This document shows positions 9,864-19,127 of a DNA stretch of 64,000 bases, in pieces; within the stretch, counting starts at the first letter, position 1, and every line of letters begins with the position of its first letter. The translations under genes and the position numbers were made by a program. The notes below the pieces were generated by a model that saw nothing but the letters and a program-made list of their open reading frames with translations, did no database searches and was not told where the DNA came from. This DNA is from a virus, in IMG/VR virus record IMGVR_UViG_3300030616_000250, positions 10,435 through 74,434 of that record; one strand, 5' to 3'.

Positions 9864-10387
9864 TACTCATATCCAACCACTTACTCAAAACATTACCATT
9901 GGTCAGATTCCCCAAAGATACTATCATCCGAATCAATATCGCGTGGGTCAAAGACACAGAAGAACTAAGGCGTTTCCTTGCCATAGACTATGATATTATG
10001 GTAGATTTTCCCGAAGGACGCACGAAGCCGCCAAAGCCGAATATAACCTATTTCCAGACTCTTGATATAGTCAATACGTTTGAGAATGTAAAATACTTTG
10101 CAGTATCTAACATTGAATCAGGGAACACCGCAGGACTGTATAGAAAGTCTATGGGTAGAATAAGCTTTGTGCCCAAAATAGAAACCGTTAAGGGCGCGGA
10201 TAACATAACAGACATAATTGAACAGTCAAGACCCGAATACGTTATGATAGACACGGAAGACCTGTTTCTTGATGTCAAAGGAAATGTTACCGAATACCAA
10301 CTCAAATACAATTACATAATTAGCCAGTGTAATTTTAAAAAGGTGAAAGTATTAAAAATACAGGGAGTTATCTTTGGAGAGGCATGA
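9860..10387 (+). CDS. pyruvate kinase/HpcH-like TIM-barrel protein
   Basis: IIRINIAW, IMVDFP, FVPKIETVKGADNITDII, VMID; ATG at 9860 overlaps the upstream stop. Confidence 0.6.
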   Translation: MILISNHLLKTLPLVRFPKDTIIRINIAWVKDTEELRRFLAIDYDIMVDFPEGRTKPPKPNITYFQTLDIVNTFENVKYFAVSNIESGNTAGLYRKSMGRISFVPKIETVKGADNITDIIEQSRPEYVMIDTEDLFLDVKGNVTEYQLKYNYIISQCNFKKVKVLKIQGVIFGEA

Positions 10388-10724
10388 TTGTTTCATAGGC
10401 AGATGGGTCACGTTTCACTTGGGGCACGAGGCCATAATTAAAAAAGTATATGAGAAAAATAAGCGTCCCATACTCGTTCTTGTGATGGACACAATAGAAA
10501 TACCATTGCCGTATAAAAGGATGATGATTATACATAACAGGTTAAACACTCTCAAAATACCCCATGCTGTGAGAGTGATACCACCGATAGCAAGCTTTAA
10601 CTATGGACGTAGGGTAGGATACGATATAAACTATGTTGAGGTGGACAAGGAAACGCAAAAGATATCAGGAACGGAGATAAGGAAAAATGGCACGGTTGAT
10701 AATTTTCTTCCCGACATGGAATGA
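10374..10724 (+). CDS. cytidylyltransferase-like (HxGH) nucleotidyltransferase
   Basis: FIGRWVTFHLGH; C-terminal ISGTEIR. Confidence 0.75.
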   Translation: MERHDCFIGRWVTFHLGHEAIIKKVYEKNKRPILVLVMDTIEIPLPYKRMMIIHNRLNTLKIPHAVRVIPPIASFNYGRRVGYDINYVEVDKETQKISGTEIRKNGTVDNFLPDME

Positions 10725-11454
10725 TAGGGACTGGCTCGAAGCCCAGATAAAACAGATAGAATACTGGAACCCTGACAAATTGTATTTTTGCGAGGGAGCG
10801 TGGGATTCCCGGTTTCCTGCACGGTCTACTGATGGGACGTGGGAATACATTATGGACTACAAAAATAAAAGAGAGAAAACCTATGTAGTAGAGAACATCC
10901 GTGACCAGGACTATCGCATGAATCAGGCTATGACATGCAATCTCATACTCGAACTATCCAGAGCCGAACCGGGAGACTGGATTATGTATCAAGCCTGTGA
11001 TTTCTTTCTCCTCAAAAGCCACATAGACCGATACAAAAAACTTATGGCTGAGAGCAATATGGACTATCCAATACATGAAATATGGAACTTCTGGGATACC
11101 CCACACAAATATTATCCACGATGGAACGACCAGTCACCTAACCTACCGTATAGAATCGTAAAGGGTATGAAGTTTATACCCACCTGTCATCCGGCAATAG
11201 GTGGAAAGATATACAAAGACCATCCAACACCCACCGGATTAAAAATAGACAATATGGTTGGATTCCATTATGAGGGTTTCCGCAATGATGAGCGGATAAA
11301 AGATAAGTATGCGGTAGGAGACAGGCAATCTCCTGTAGTATGGAAAGACGGTATTAAGCTGAAAAAGCGTGTTGATAGAATCGGGGTACATCCCGAATTC
11401 GCAATTGACGTACTTAAAGAGAAGGGATGGGATTTATCGAACGCTGGGAATTAG
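10687..11454 (+). CDS. GT2-like glycosyltransferase
   Basis: EGAW...STDGT, DWIMYQACD, GFHY. Confidence 0.65.
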   Translation: MARLIIFFPTWNDRDWLEAQIKQIEYWNPDKLYFCEGAWDSRFPARSTDGTWEYIMDYKNKREKTYVVENIRDQDYRMNQAMTCNLILELSRAEPGDWIMYQACDFFLLKSHIDRYKKLMAESNMDYPIHEIWNFWDTPHKYYPRWNDQSPNLPYRIVKGMKFIPTCHPAIGGKIYKDHPTPTGLKIDNMVGFHYEGFRNDERIKDKYAVGDRQSPVVWKDGIKLKKRVDRIGVHPEFAIDVLKEKGWDLSNAGN

Positions 11455-11972
11455 TAGAGATACTCATACGGGATAGCCTCAAAAAAGAGATGGGTGCTGA
11501 AATAGGTGTGTGGCGCGGTAAAACCACTCACCACATCCTAAAGCAATTGCCGCAGCTACATCTTATCTGTGTAGACCCGTATAAAGTATATGACCATTTT
11601 AAAAATCATCACGATATGGGAAAGTATGAATCACAGGTAGAATTCTCAGCACTGGCAGAAAGCTTAAAATACGACCTGATTAAAAAGTATGGAAAAAGGG
11701 TTATTTGGTATCAGAAGGAGAGTCTTGAGGTTGCGCCATTGATAAAAGACGGCTCACTCGACTTTGTATTTGTTGACGCAAATTACGGCTATAAATATGT
11801 GAAAGAAGACATACTGGCATGGTTGCCGAAAATACGCAGTGGTGGTATAATGATAGGACACAACATAACAAGCAAAAAGGATAACACCGGAAGCGTTAAA
11901 CAGGCAGTAGAGGAAACAATTGGCAAGGACTATAGAGTAAGAGAGGGAAGATGGTATTACGTCTTGGCATAG
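11427..11972 (+). CDS. Methyltransf_24-type SAM methyltransferase
   Basis: GAEIGVWRG, SLDFVFVDA, WLPKIRSGGIMIGH. Confidence 0.9.
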   Translation: MGFIERWELVEILIRDSLKKEMGAEIGVWRGKTTHHILKQLPQLHLICVDPYKVYDHFKNHHDMGKYESQVEFSALAESLKYDLIKKYGKRVIWYQKESLEVAPLIKDGSLDFVFVDANYGYKYVKEDILAWLPKIRSGGIMIGHNITSKKDNTGSVKQAVEETIGKDYRVREGRWYYVLA

Positions 11973-12664
11973 GATTCGTAACATGTGGTAGAATAGCATT
12001 TACCCGGCAAGTGGTTGAGTCGATATTCAAGTATAATCCTGTGGTTAGGAGATACCCTTGGATAATAGCCGATGATAACTCAGAACCGTGTATGAGAAAC
12101 TATTTTGATTCTCTTGACTTGGGTATGACCTATTTGTGGCACGAAAAACGTAAGGGGATTAATGCCAATTTAAAGCAGATGTTTGATGAGGCGCGGGGCA
12201 AATTTGACCTTCTTCTTATATTTGTGAATGACTTTGTATGTCTCAGGGAAGTGGATATTGGTGCAATGATAGAGTTTTTTGCAGATACTCCCGAAGCCGG
12301 GCAGGTGCAGATGTTTCATTGGAAAGGTAAAATAGGAGACAAGAAGCGCGAGCGCAGCATGACAAATTGGATAACCGGAGACCCTATAAAGGTCTCACAG
12401 ATACTTCAGGTGGGAAACGAAACATTATTAGAGGCAAATTGGGTATGGACAGACGGTGTTAATTTTACAAGAATACTACCGGAAGTGGATTACTTTGAAG
12501 GTTCCCTGGGACTTCCGAAAGAGGAAAAATACATTAAAATAGCCGAAATAACCAAAGGCAAAAATTTTATGGATACCGGCATGAAAATATATGAAATGGC
12601 AGATCAGCCGTTTCTTCATCTCGATCATGATGGTAAAAATAAAACAAAGGGGACTATTGCATGA
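11951..12664 (+). CDS. GT2-like glycosyltransferase
   Basis: VTCGR, IIADDNS, LIFVNDF. Confidence 0.7.
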   Translation: MVLRLGIGFVTCGRIAFTRQVVESIFKYNPVVRRYPWIIADDNSEPCMRNYFDSLDLGMTYLWHEKRKGINANLKQMFDEARGKFDLLLIFVNDFVCLREVDIGAMIEFFADTPEAGQVQMFHWKGKIGDKKRERSMTNWITGDPIKVSQILQVGNETLLEANWVWTDGVNFTRILPEVDYFEGSLGLPKEEKYIKIAEITKGKNFMDTGMKIYEMADQPFLHLDHDGKNKTKGTIA

Positions 12665-12668
12665 AAAA

Positions 12669-12725
12669 TTTTAACGTACGCCAAAAGGCTGAACGTCTAA
12701 AGATTTTAGCCTTTGGCAGTTGGGC
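12669..12725 (-). repeat. attC-like site of inverted cassette 1
   Basis: Minus strand GCCCAAC-tgccaaaggctaaaat...agccttttggcgtac-GTTAAAA. Confidence 0.8.
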
Positions 12726-13435
12726 GAAGGTTTTTCTTTTAATTAAGAAAGGTGCGACATGCTCTTTAAGTGATTTACCTCTTTTATTTAAGCATAACGA
12801 GAAACAAGATAATCAAAGCTCCAATAGTAAAATAAAAAGAAATGCGCTCACGGAATATGCTCGAAACATAATAGTCATCAATATCTTCATAATATTGGGT
12901 GTTTTGTTTCTTGTGTTCGGGATCATTAGCCATATCTTTGGTAGTAGAATCTTCGAAATATTTAGCTCGTTTTGAGTCAAGATTTCTATGTGAATAAATG
13001 TTCTTTGAAATAAGGGGAGAAGGGAAATAAAAGGTTTTATAATAGTTTAAGTGCTATTAAAAGCATGATAAGGGCAATTATAAATTTACTATCTATCCAT
13101 AGTAACATAATAAAACCCCCCATGCAACACCTTGATTTCCAGCTATTCCGTTTACCCTTTGTTTAATTAAACGCTCGGTTGCCGTAATTGGTGATTAAAC
13201 CAATTAATCGGCTGGTGGGTTTTGGTATATAGTCACCCCTGCGTTTACCAAATCAAACAAAGGCGCGCCCCCTTCTCATAAGCCAAGAAATAATCTTGGT
13301 CATAACTAACCTCCTTTTGGGAAGTTGAGGAGGGGGATTCCTCCCCGTTATTTCAAAGAGCTATGTATTAATCTTTAACAAAGGCTTTTCTCTTATGTCG
13401 CACAAGAAAAGAATCAGAGAACGAATTGAAACCAA
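12675..13435 (-). mobile_element. inverted integron-like cassette inserted in landing pad 1
   Basis: Bounded by AAC core triplets; removing it restores a perfect TTTTAAC...GTTAAAA site; internal inverted repeat 12752-12760/13395-13403. Confidence 0.75.
12786..13100 (-). pseudogene. degraded membrane-protein ORF in cassette 1 (approximate limits)
   Basis: Long open frame ending ...FYFTIGALIILFLVMLK*; hydrophobic N-terminal segment lies in a different frame. Confidence 0.3.
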
Positions 13436-13481
13436 CGAAACAAACGGTGGAAGTTTTAATTTCCACCTTTGGGAGTTAAAA
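13434..13481 (-). repeat. resident attC-like landing pad 1 (occupied)
   Basis: aac gaaacaaac GGTGGAA gttttaat TTCCACC tttggga gttaaaa; near-identical to 20375-20422; contains the RBS of the next gene. Confidence 0.8.
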
Positions 13482-14431
13482 TGAAAATACTTGTAACAGG
13501 CTGTGCAGGCTTTATCGGAACCAATCTATGTAAAAGACTCGTTGAACACGGGCACGAGGTAATAGGAATAGACAATTTCAGCTATGGTTATACTTCAAAC
13601 ATGAAAGACATAGGCTTTGGCAATTATTATGCCTCAGACGTGCGGTACTTTAACGGAGACAACTTTGGTGACATTGACGTTATTTATCATCAGGCAAACC
13701 TTAGAAAGAATATATCCTCAAACAAGCCCGACGAAGACATAGACATCACAATCCGGGGAACGTGCAATCTATTACAATATGCCATCAAAAACAATGTGAA
13801 AAAGTTTATATATGCCTCATCTTCCCTTGCATACGGCAAATCCGATCCCGTTGTTACAGAAGAGAGCCCGCTATGTCCTATTTGTATCTATGGAATATCA
13901 AAAGTAGCTGCTGAAAAGCTCGTTAAATACTATCACGGAACCAACGGACTCGAAACGACAATCCTTCGGTATTTTCAGGGTTACGGGCAGTATCAGGACA
14001 GCCAAAGGGGAGCCGCAATAATACCGAAGACTATTCGGAATATGTTTGAAAACAACCCTATTATCATAAATGGTGATGGCTCACAGACCCGTTCATTCAC
14101 TTGGATAGAAGATATTATAGACGTGCTTATGATGCCATTGTTCGATAGCAAAATGTCCGGTGAGACTTATAACGTAACAGCGGGGAAAGAGTATTCTATA
14201 ATTGAAATAATTGATTTAATAATGAACTGCTATTGTGAATTATACCCTGAGAAGAAAGTAAACAGGACTGACAGACTATGTTACAGAGCCGCCCTCCCGG
14301 ATGACATAAAGCACCTTGCGGGAAACAATGACAAGATAAGAGACCTTGGTGTTAAATTCAATATGGATATTCACGAAAACATAAAGGAAACGATAAGATT
14401 TTATGAACGTTACCATACTCAGTCATTATAG
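13481..14431 (+). CDS. NAD-dependent nucleotide-sugar epimerase/dehydratase
   Basis: ILVTGCAGFIG, YASSS, YGISK (YxxxK). Confidence 0.95.
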   Translation: MKILVTGCAGFIGTNLCKRLVEHGHEVIGIDNFSYGYTSNMKDIGFGNYYASDVRYFNGDNFGDIDVIYHQANLRKNISSNKPDEDIDITIRGTCNLLQYAIKNNVKKFIYASSSLAYGKSDPVVTEESPLCPICIYGISKVAAEKLVKYYHGTNGLETTILRYFQGYGQYQDSQRGAAIIPKTIRNMFENNPIIINGDGSQTRSFTWIEDIIDVLMMPLFDSKMSGETYNVTAGKEYSIIEIIDLIMNCYCELYPEKKVNRTDRLCYRAALPDDIKHLAGNNDKIRDLGVKFNMDIHENIKETIRFYERYHTQSL

Positions 14432-15056
14432 AAGCGGTATCTACTGGCTGATAGAGATACTGAAGCGGAACATACCGAAGTTTCACTTGTACCCTGAGAA
14501 CAACTTTGCGCACCTTGAGGTAACGAGAAACCCCAATGTGCCAAAGGCTATTCTATTGGTAAGAGACCCCAGGGATTGCTTTGTGTCGTCTTATTCCTGC
14601 AATGTACAGAGGGCTGCGAATGACAAGGCATGGGCAGAGGGTAGAAAATGGGAGGGCAGGAGTTTTAAGGACACGCTCACATGGGAATACAGGGAAGTGC
14701 TTAACCGAAATAAAGAGGTCATATTAAAGCTTAATCCCGTTGAATACTGGGTAAAATATTACACTGACTGGCTCGCTGAAAAGACCCCAAAGATAATGGT
14801 AAGATATGAAGATTTACACAATAATCAGGAATTTGAAATAAAGAGAATTCGCAGCTTTTACGGATTTGACCCTGACAAAAGAGTAGAGGCGTTGGATAGA
14901 ACAAAGTCGTATAGCTTTGAATACAAACCTACAGATACCTATACACCAAGAACACCGGGTAACTGGAAAAAGGTATTCGATCACGAAGACAATGAGTATG
15001 TATGGAAAATGGCAGGTAAACTTATGAGGGAGTTTGGTTATGAGAGAAATGGATAA
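14403..15056 (+). CDS. sulfotransferase domain protein
   Basis: SHYRSGIYWL, VRDPRDCFVS, VRYEDL, PGNWKK. Confidence 0.85.
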   Translation: MNVTILSHYRSGIYWLIEILKRNIPKFHLYPENNFAHLEVTRNPNVPKAILLVRDPRDCFVSSYSCNVQRAANDKAWAEGRKWEGRSFKDTLTWEYREVLNRNKEVILKLNPVEYWVKYYTDWLAEKTPKIMVRYEDLHNNQEFEIKRIRSFYGFDPDKRVEALDRTKSYSFEYKPTDTYTPRTPGNWKKVFDHEDNEYVWKMAGKLMREFGYERNG

Positions 15057-15633
15057 CAGGGATATACCGTGGAAAGTAACAGTACCCACAGACGAAAACA
15101 CCAAACTGTTAAGAAGCACCATTGATTATATTGCCAAGTTGTATCCACCGCCTTTGAAAGTTTTTGACGTTGGAGCAAAAGAGGGCTATTCCGTAAACTA
15201 TATGAAGAGTCTGGGATATGACGTGTTGGGAACCGATATAAGGGAAAACTTTATAGAATACGCCCAAAGTCGCGGATGGAATGTTATTTTTGACGATATT
15301 ATAGATACTAAAATAAAAGACAGGTTTGATATTGTGTTTATGAGGCATTGCCTGGAGCATGTAAGGCACGAGCGCAAGATGTTTAAAAATGGCGTGTCCC
15401 TGTTAAAAAAGGGTGGTGTTATAATAATTCAGGTTCCCATAGAGACCAAGAGCCAGTATGAAGCACACAAAAGAAAAAAGCACCTCACCTATTTCCCCTC
15501 ATTCAACTTTTTCAAAGACAACTTCCTGAAATCACAGAAAGGCGTTGAGACTGTGGTATTGGATATGGCAAGCACTTTGGGAATAGAAACAGCGGGATTA
15601 AAGGATATTTTCTATATAGGCAAAAAATTATGA
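15040..15633 (+). CDS. class I SAM-dependent methyltransferase
   Basis: VFDVGAKEG, FDIVFMRHCLEHV, LLKKGG. Confidence 0.9.
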   Translation: MREMDNRDIPWKVTVPTDENTKLLRSTIDYIAKLYPPPLKVFDVGAKEGYSVNYMKSLGYDVLGTDIRENFIEYAQSRGWNVIFDDIIDTKIKDRFDIVFMRHCLEHVRHERKMFKNGVSLLKKGGVIIIQVPIETKSQYEAHKRKKHLTYFPSFNFFKDNFLKSQKGVETVVLDMASTLGIETAGLKDIFYIGKKL

Positions 15634-16205
15634 AAAATGAGTATCGAAACAAACTCTATGAAAAACACCGGGAACCGTCATGGGACAAAGCTCACGGATG
15701 TTTCACCGTAGCCAGACTGGTCAAAGCGTTTAATGCAAAAGTAATAGCTGAAATAGGGGTTTGTGTGGGAAACACCGCAGTAGAAATATTACACGAAAAC
15801 AAGCTATTGTATTATTTAATGGTAGATCACTGGAAAGATATTTCAAAATACGAGCTTATACTTAATAACTTTTCCTCTACCGGAGTGGAAATAAAACGTT
15901 CTGATTCAATGGAAGCCCTGAAATATGTAGATGACGAATCCCTTGATTTTGTGTACATAGACACCAATCATTCATATAAGCAGGCAAAGCGTGAGATATT
16001 TGGATGGATAAAAAAGGTAAGGCGCGGCGGAGTGCTTGCGGGCGATGGCTATGGATATATCAGGAACGGAGACAATGGAGTAAAACGCGCTGTGCATGAA
16101 ATATTCAGCGCAGATCAAATAAACGTTAATCTTGGCCCGGACTGTGTGTTCTGGGTAATGAGGCCGTATGATACACGAAACAGCAAGTTTTCACGGAATG
16201 CCTAA
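15630..16205 (+). CDS. Methyltransf_24-type SAM methyltransferase
   Basis: AEIGVCVG, SLDFVYIDTNHSY, KKVRRGGVLAGD. Confidence 0.9.
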   Translation: MKNEYRNKLYEKHREPSWDKAHGCFTVARLVKAFNAKVIAEIGVCVGNTAVEILHENKLLYYLMVDHWKDISKYELILNNFSSTGVEIKRSDSMEALKYVDDESLDFVYIDTNHSYKQAKREIFGWIKKVRRGGVLAGDGYGYIRNGDNGVKRAVHEIFSADQINVNLGPDCVFWVMRPYDTRNSKFSRNA

Positions 16206-16569
16206 TGTCGGTGAATGTGTAGATATAGGCAAAAATACCAAAATAGGTCACAATGTATTTATAGGAAACTTTGTTAAGATAGGTGACAATTGTAATATTC
16301 AGGGAAATGTTTTTATACCTGAAGGTGTTATAATAAAAAACAATGTGTTTGTCGGGCCTTGTGCGGTGTTTACCAATACAAGAGACTTTGATAATATCGG
16401 CAAGCATAAATTTGATTCGACTATTGTAAAGGATAATGTTATTATAGGAGCAAACGCAACTATTGTCTGTGGAATAACAATATGGGAAAATGCCAGAATA
16501 GCTGCGGGTTCAGTAGTAACAAAAGATGTGGACGAAAACCAAACAGTGAAAGGAAATCCGGCAAGATGA
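16168..16569 (+). CDS. hexapeptide-repeat N-acetyltransferase (WbpD/WlbB-like)
   Basis: Left-handed beta-helix repeats, FVGPCAVFTN, IGANATI, GNPAR. Confidence 0.9.
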   Translation: MIHETASFHGMPNVGECVDIGKNTKIGHNVFIGNFVKIGDNCNIQGNVFIPEGVIIKNNVFVGPCAVFTNTRDFDNIGKHKFDSTIVKDNVIIGANATIVCGITIWENARIAAGSVVTKDVDENQTVKGNPAR

Positions 16570-17612
16570 TAAACGTAGCTTTTGTAGGATGTGGGCGTAT
16601 AAGCAAAAAACACTATGAAGCGGTGTCGACTAATAAGAATCTTAAACTTGTTGCCGTATGTGATATTGTTGAAAAACGTGCAAAAGACATGGCGGAGCAG
16701 GCAAAGGTTCCCTATTATCTTGATTATAACGAAATGATGCATAAGGAAAACATTCACGTAGTCTCGGTAATGACCGAAGCCGGATATCATGCAAAGATAG
16801 TAATTGACCTTGCGAAGTTTGGGAAGGTGGTTATAGTAGAGAAGCCGATGGCGCTTAAATTAAGTGATGCTGACGAGATGATAAAAGCATGTAAAAATGG
16901 CAAAACAGACCTTGTTGTTGTTAAACAGAATCGCTATAATCAAACCGTTATGAAGTTAAAGGATGCCGTAGAAAGAGGTCGTTTTGGTAAAATGATTCTT
17001 GGTACGGTTCGATTGAGATGGAACAGAAGCCAGACATATTTTGATATGGACGATTGGCGGGGTACATGGAGTCTTGATGGTGGGGTTTTCGCTTCTCAGG
17101 CAAGCCATCATGTAGACCTTTTGCAGTGGATAATGGGGCCTGTTAAAAGTGTTTATGCAAAGACCACAAGAAGACTTCTCGACATAGAAGTAGAAGATAC
17201 CGGAATAGTCATGCTTGAGTTTTATGATGGCTCTCTCGGATTGATAGAAGCAACAAACGCCGCTCAACCAAAAAACATAGAAGGCTCGTTAAGCGTTCTC
17301 GGACAAGGTGGGACTGTAGTAATCGGTGGAGTAGCGGTAAATAAACTGGAAACTTGGGAGTTCTGGGAAAAAGAAGAAGATGACGAGAAAATGTTTGATT
17401 TCAGTGAAAACCCGTCAAATGTATATGGGTTCGGACACGTTAGACTTTATAATGAAATTGTTGAAAGGGTTAAACATGACAGGGGGAATCTATTAAGCGG
17501 GGAAGAGGGCAGAAAGTCTCTTGAACTTATCAATGCAATCTATGAGAGTGCTGAGACAGGGAAAGAAGTGAGAATTAAATTTCAACCGGAACATGTGAGG
17601 TTGGGAAAATGA
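16566..17612 (+). CDS. Gfo/Idh/MocA oxidoreductase, WbpB/WlbA-like UDP-GlcNAcA 3-dehydrogenase
   Basis: VGCGRIS, VEKPMAL, VVKQNRYN, WRGTWSLDGGVFASQASHHVDLL, NVYGFGH. Confidence 0.9.
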   Translation: MINVAFVGCGRISKKHYEAVSTNKNLKLVAVCDIVEKRAKDMAEQAKVPYYLDYNEMMHKENIHVVSVMTEAGYHAKIVIDLAKFGKVVIVEKPMALKLSDADEMIKACKNGKTDLVVVKQNRYNQTVMKLKDAVERGRFGKMILGTVRLRWNRSQTYFDMDDWRGTWSLDGGVFASQASHHVDLLQWIMGPVKSVYAKTTRRLLDIEVEDTGIVMLEFYDGSLGLIEATNAAQPKNIEGSLSVLGQGGTVVIGGVAVNKLETWEFWEKEEDDEKMFDFSENPSNVYGFGHVRLYNEIVERVKHDRGNLLSGEEGRKSLELINAIYESAETGKEVRIKFQPEHVRLGK

Positions 17613-18052
17613 TAAGTGGAGATGCGTGGATTGATAACGATGTTAAATTGATAGGAGAACAGGATATTTGGCATTATGCACTTATCCGGGGTAATGCTGA
17701 AATAGGAAACAATTGCAGCATAGGCAGCTATACTGAAATAGCACATGATGTTATTATAGAGGATAATGTTCGCGTTCATTCAAAGGGTTTTATACCTGAG
17801 TATACGATTATAAAAAGAGGTGCCTGGATAGGCCCCTGTTGTACTATTGTAAATGATTTACACCCGCAAACCAACGGAAAATACAGAAAAGGAATAACCA
17901 TAGGAGAGGGTGCTATTATCGGTGCAAATACTACTCTTATGGCTGACATAGGAAAAAACGCTATTGTCGGTGCTGGTTCAGTAGTTACTAAACCCGTGCC
18001 AGAAGGAGTAATTGTTTATGGAAATCCCGCTATGCGACATAAGGGCAAGTGA
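17609..18052 (+). CDS. hexapeptide-repeat N-acetyltransferase (second WbpD-like copy)
   Basis: IWHYALI, IGPCCTIVND.HP, GAGSVVTK, GNPA. Confidence 0.9.
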   Translation: MISGDAWIDNDVKLIGEQDIWHYALIRGNAEIGNNCSIGSYTEIAHDVIIEDNVRVHSKGFIPEYTIIKRGAWIGPCCTIVNDLHPQTNGKYRKGITIGEGAIIGANTTLMADIGKNAIVGAGSVVTKPVPEGVIVYGNPAMRHKGK

Positions 18053-19127
18053 CGCTCATTACAGAGACGAAATAGACGAAGCCGTTAAAAGAATAATTGA
18101 CGACTCAAGCTTCATACTCGGTAAACCGGTAGAGGAGTTTGAAAAAAACTTTGCAAAGTATATTGGGACGAAACACGCAATAGGTGTTAGCTCGTGTACT
18201 ATGGCATTATATCTTTCTCTCAAAGCTCTGGGTATTAAAGAGGGTGACGAGGTTATAGTTCCTAATTTTACCATTGCCGCCGATATAGAGCCGGTGCTGA
18301 TGTGCGGTGCCACCCCGGTTCTCTGTGGGGTCAAAGAGGACGGTTGTATAGATGAATATGAAATGAGGAATCGGATAACAAAGAGAACAGGTGCTATTAT
18401 AGTTGTTCATTTATACGGTAACGCCTGTCCTGTTCCTGACATGGAGAAAATGACAGAAATCCCTATTATTGAAGATTGCGCCCAGTCTACAGGGACTACA
18501 TTTGAAGGACAGATGACGGGTTCATTTACAGACTTAGGTTGCTTTAGTTTCTTTCCTTCAAAAAATCTCGGTGCCTATGGAGATGGCGGAATGGTTACAA
18601 CCGATGATGATGAACTTGCAGGCACAATAAGAATGCTTCGTAATCACGGGCGGGCACCCGGAGAGCGATATCATCACAGCATGATAGGGGTAAACTCCAG
18701 ACTTAACGCTATGCAGGCAGCCATACTTAACGTAAAGCTGAAACATCTTAATAATGCCATAAAGAAAAAAAGGAAGATAGCAAAACTATACAACAAGTAT
18801 TTGAATGACATACCACAGGTTATAACACCTACTGAAATTCCAGTGGTTAATCACAGCTATTATATGTACTCTGTCAGAGCCACAGAGCGGCGTGACGAGC
18901 TGCTTAAATTCCTTGTAGATAACGGTATTAAGGCAAGTGTACACTATCCATTGCGACTGTCAGATCATCCCATATATGCAAAATATTACAGCCCATTAGA
19001 AGATGAACCGACTATTGGGTATATACTCAGCAAAACAGTTTTAAGTTTGCCAATGTTCCCCGCACTTGAAGAAGAAGCGGTTAAATATATTTGTCAGAAA
19101 GTGAGAGAGTTTTATGAAAAAAATTAA
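18018..19127 (+). CDS. DegT/DnrJ/EryC1/StrS aminotransferase (WbpE/WlbC-like)
   Basis: VHLYG, IEDCAQS, FSFFPSKNLGAYGDGG, GVNSRL. Confidence 0.95.
   Translation: MEIPLCDIRASDAHYRDEIDEAVKRIIDDSSFILGKPVEEFEKNFAKYIGTKHAIGVSSCTMALYLSLKALGIKEGDEVIVPNFTIAADIEPVLMCGATPVLCGVKEDGCIDEYEMRNRITKRTGAIIVVHLYGNACPVPDMEKMTEIPIIEDCAQSTGTTFEGQMTGSFTDLGCFSFFPSKNLGAYGDGGMVTTDDDELAGTIRMLRNHGRAPGERYHHSMIGVNSRLNAMQAAILNVKLKHLNNAIKKKRKIAKLYNKYLNDIPQVITPTEIPVVNHSYYMYSVRATERRDELLKFLVDNGIKASVHYPLRLSDHPIYAKYYSPLEDEPTIGYILSKTVLSLPMFPALEEEAVKYICQKVREFYEKN

Noticed and set aside
12661-12975. 104-aa ORF as an ordinary conserved gene
   Set aside because: It is a junction product of the landing-pad ATG and reversed cassette sequence; discussed under findings rather than called as a normal CDS.
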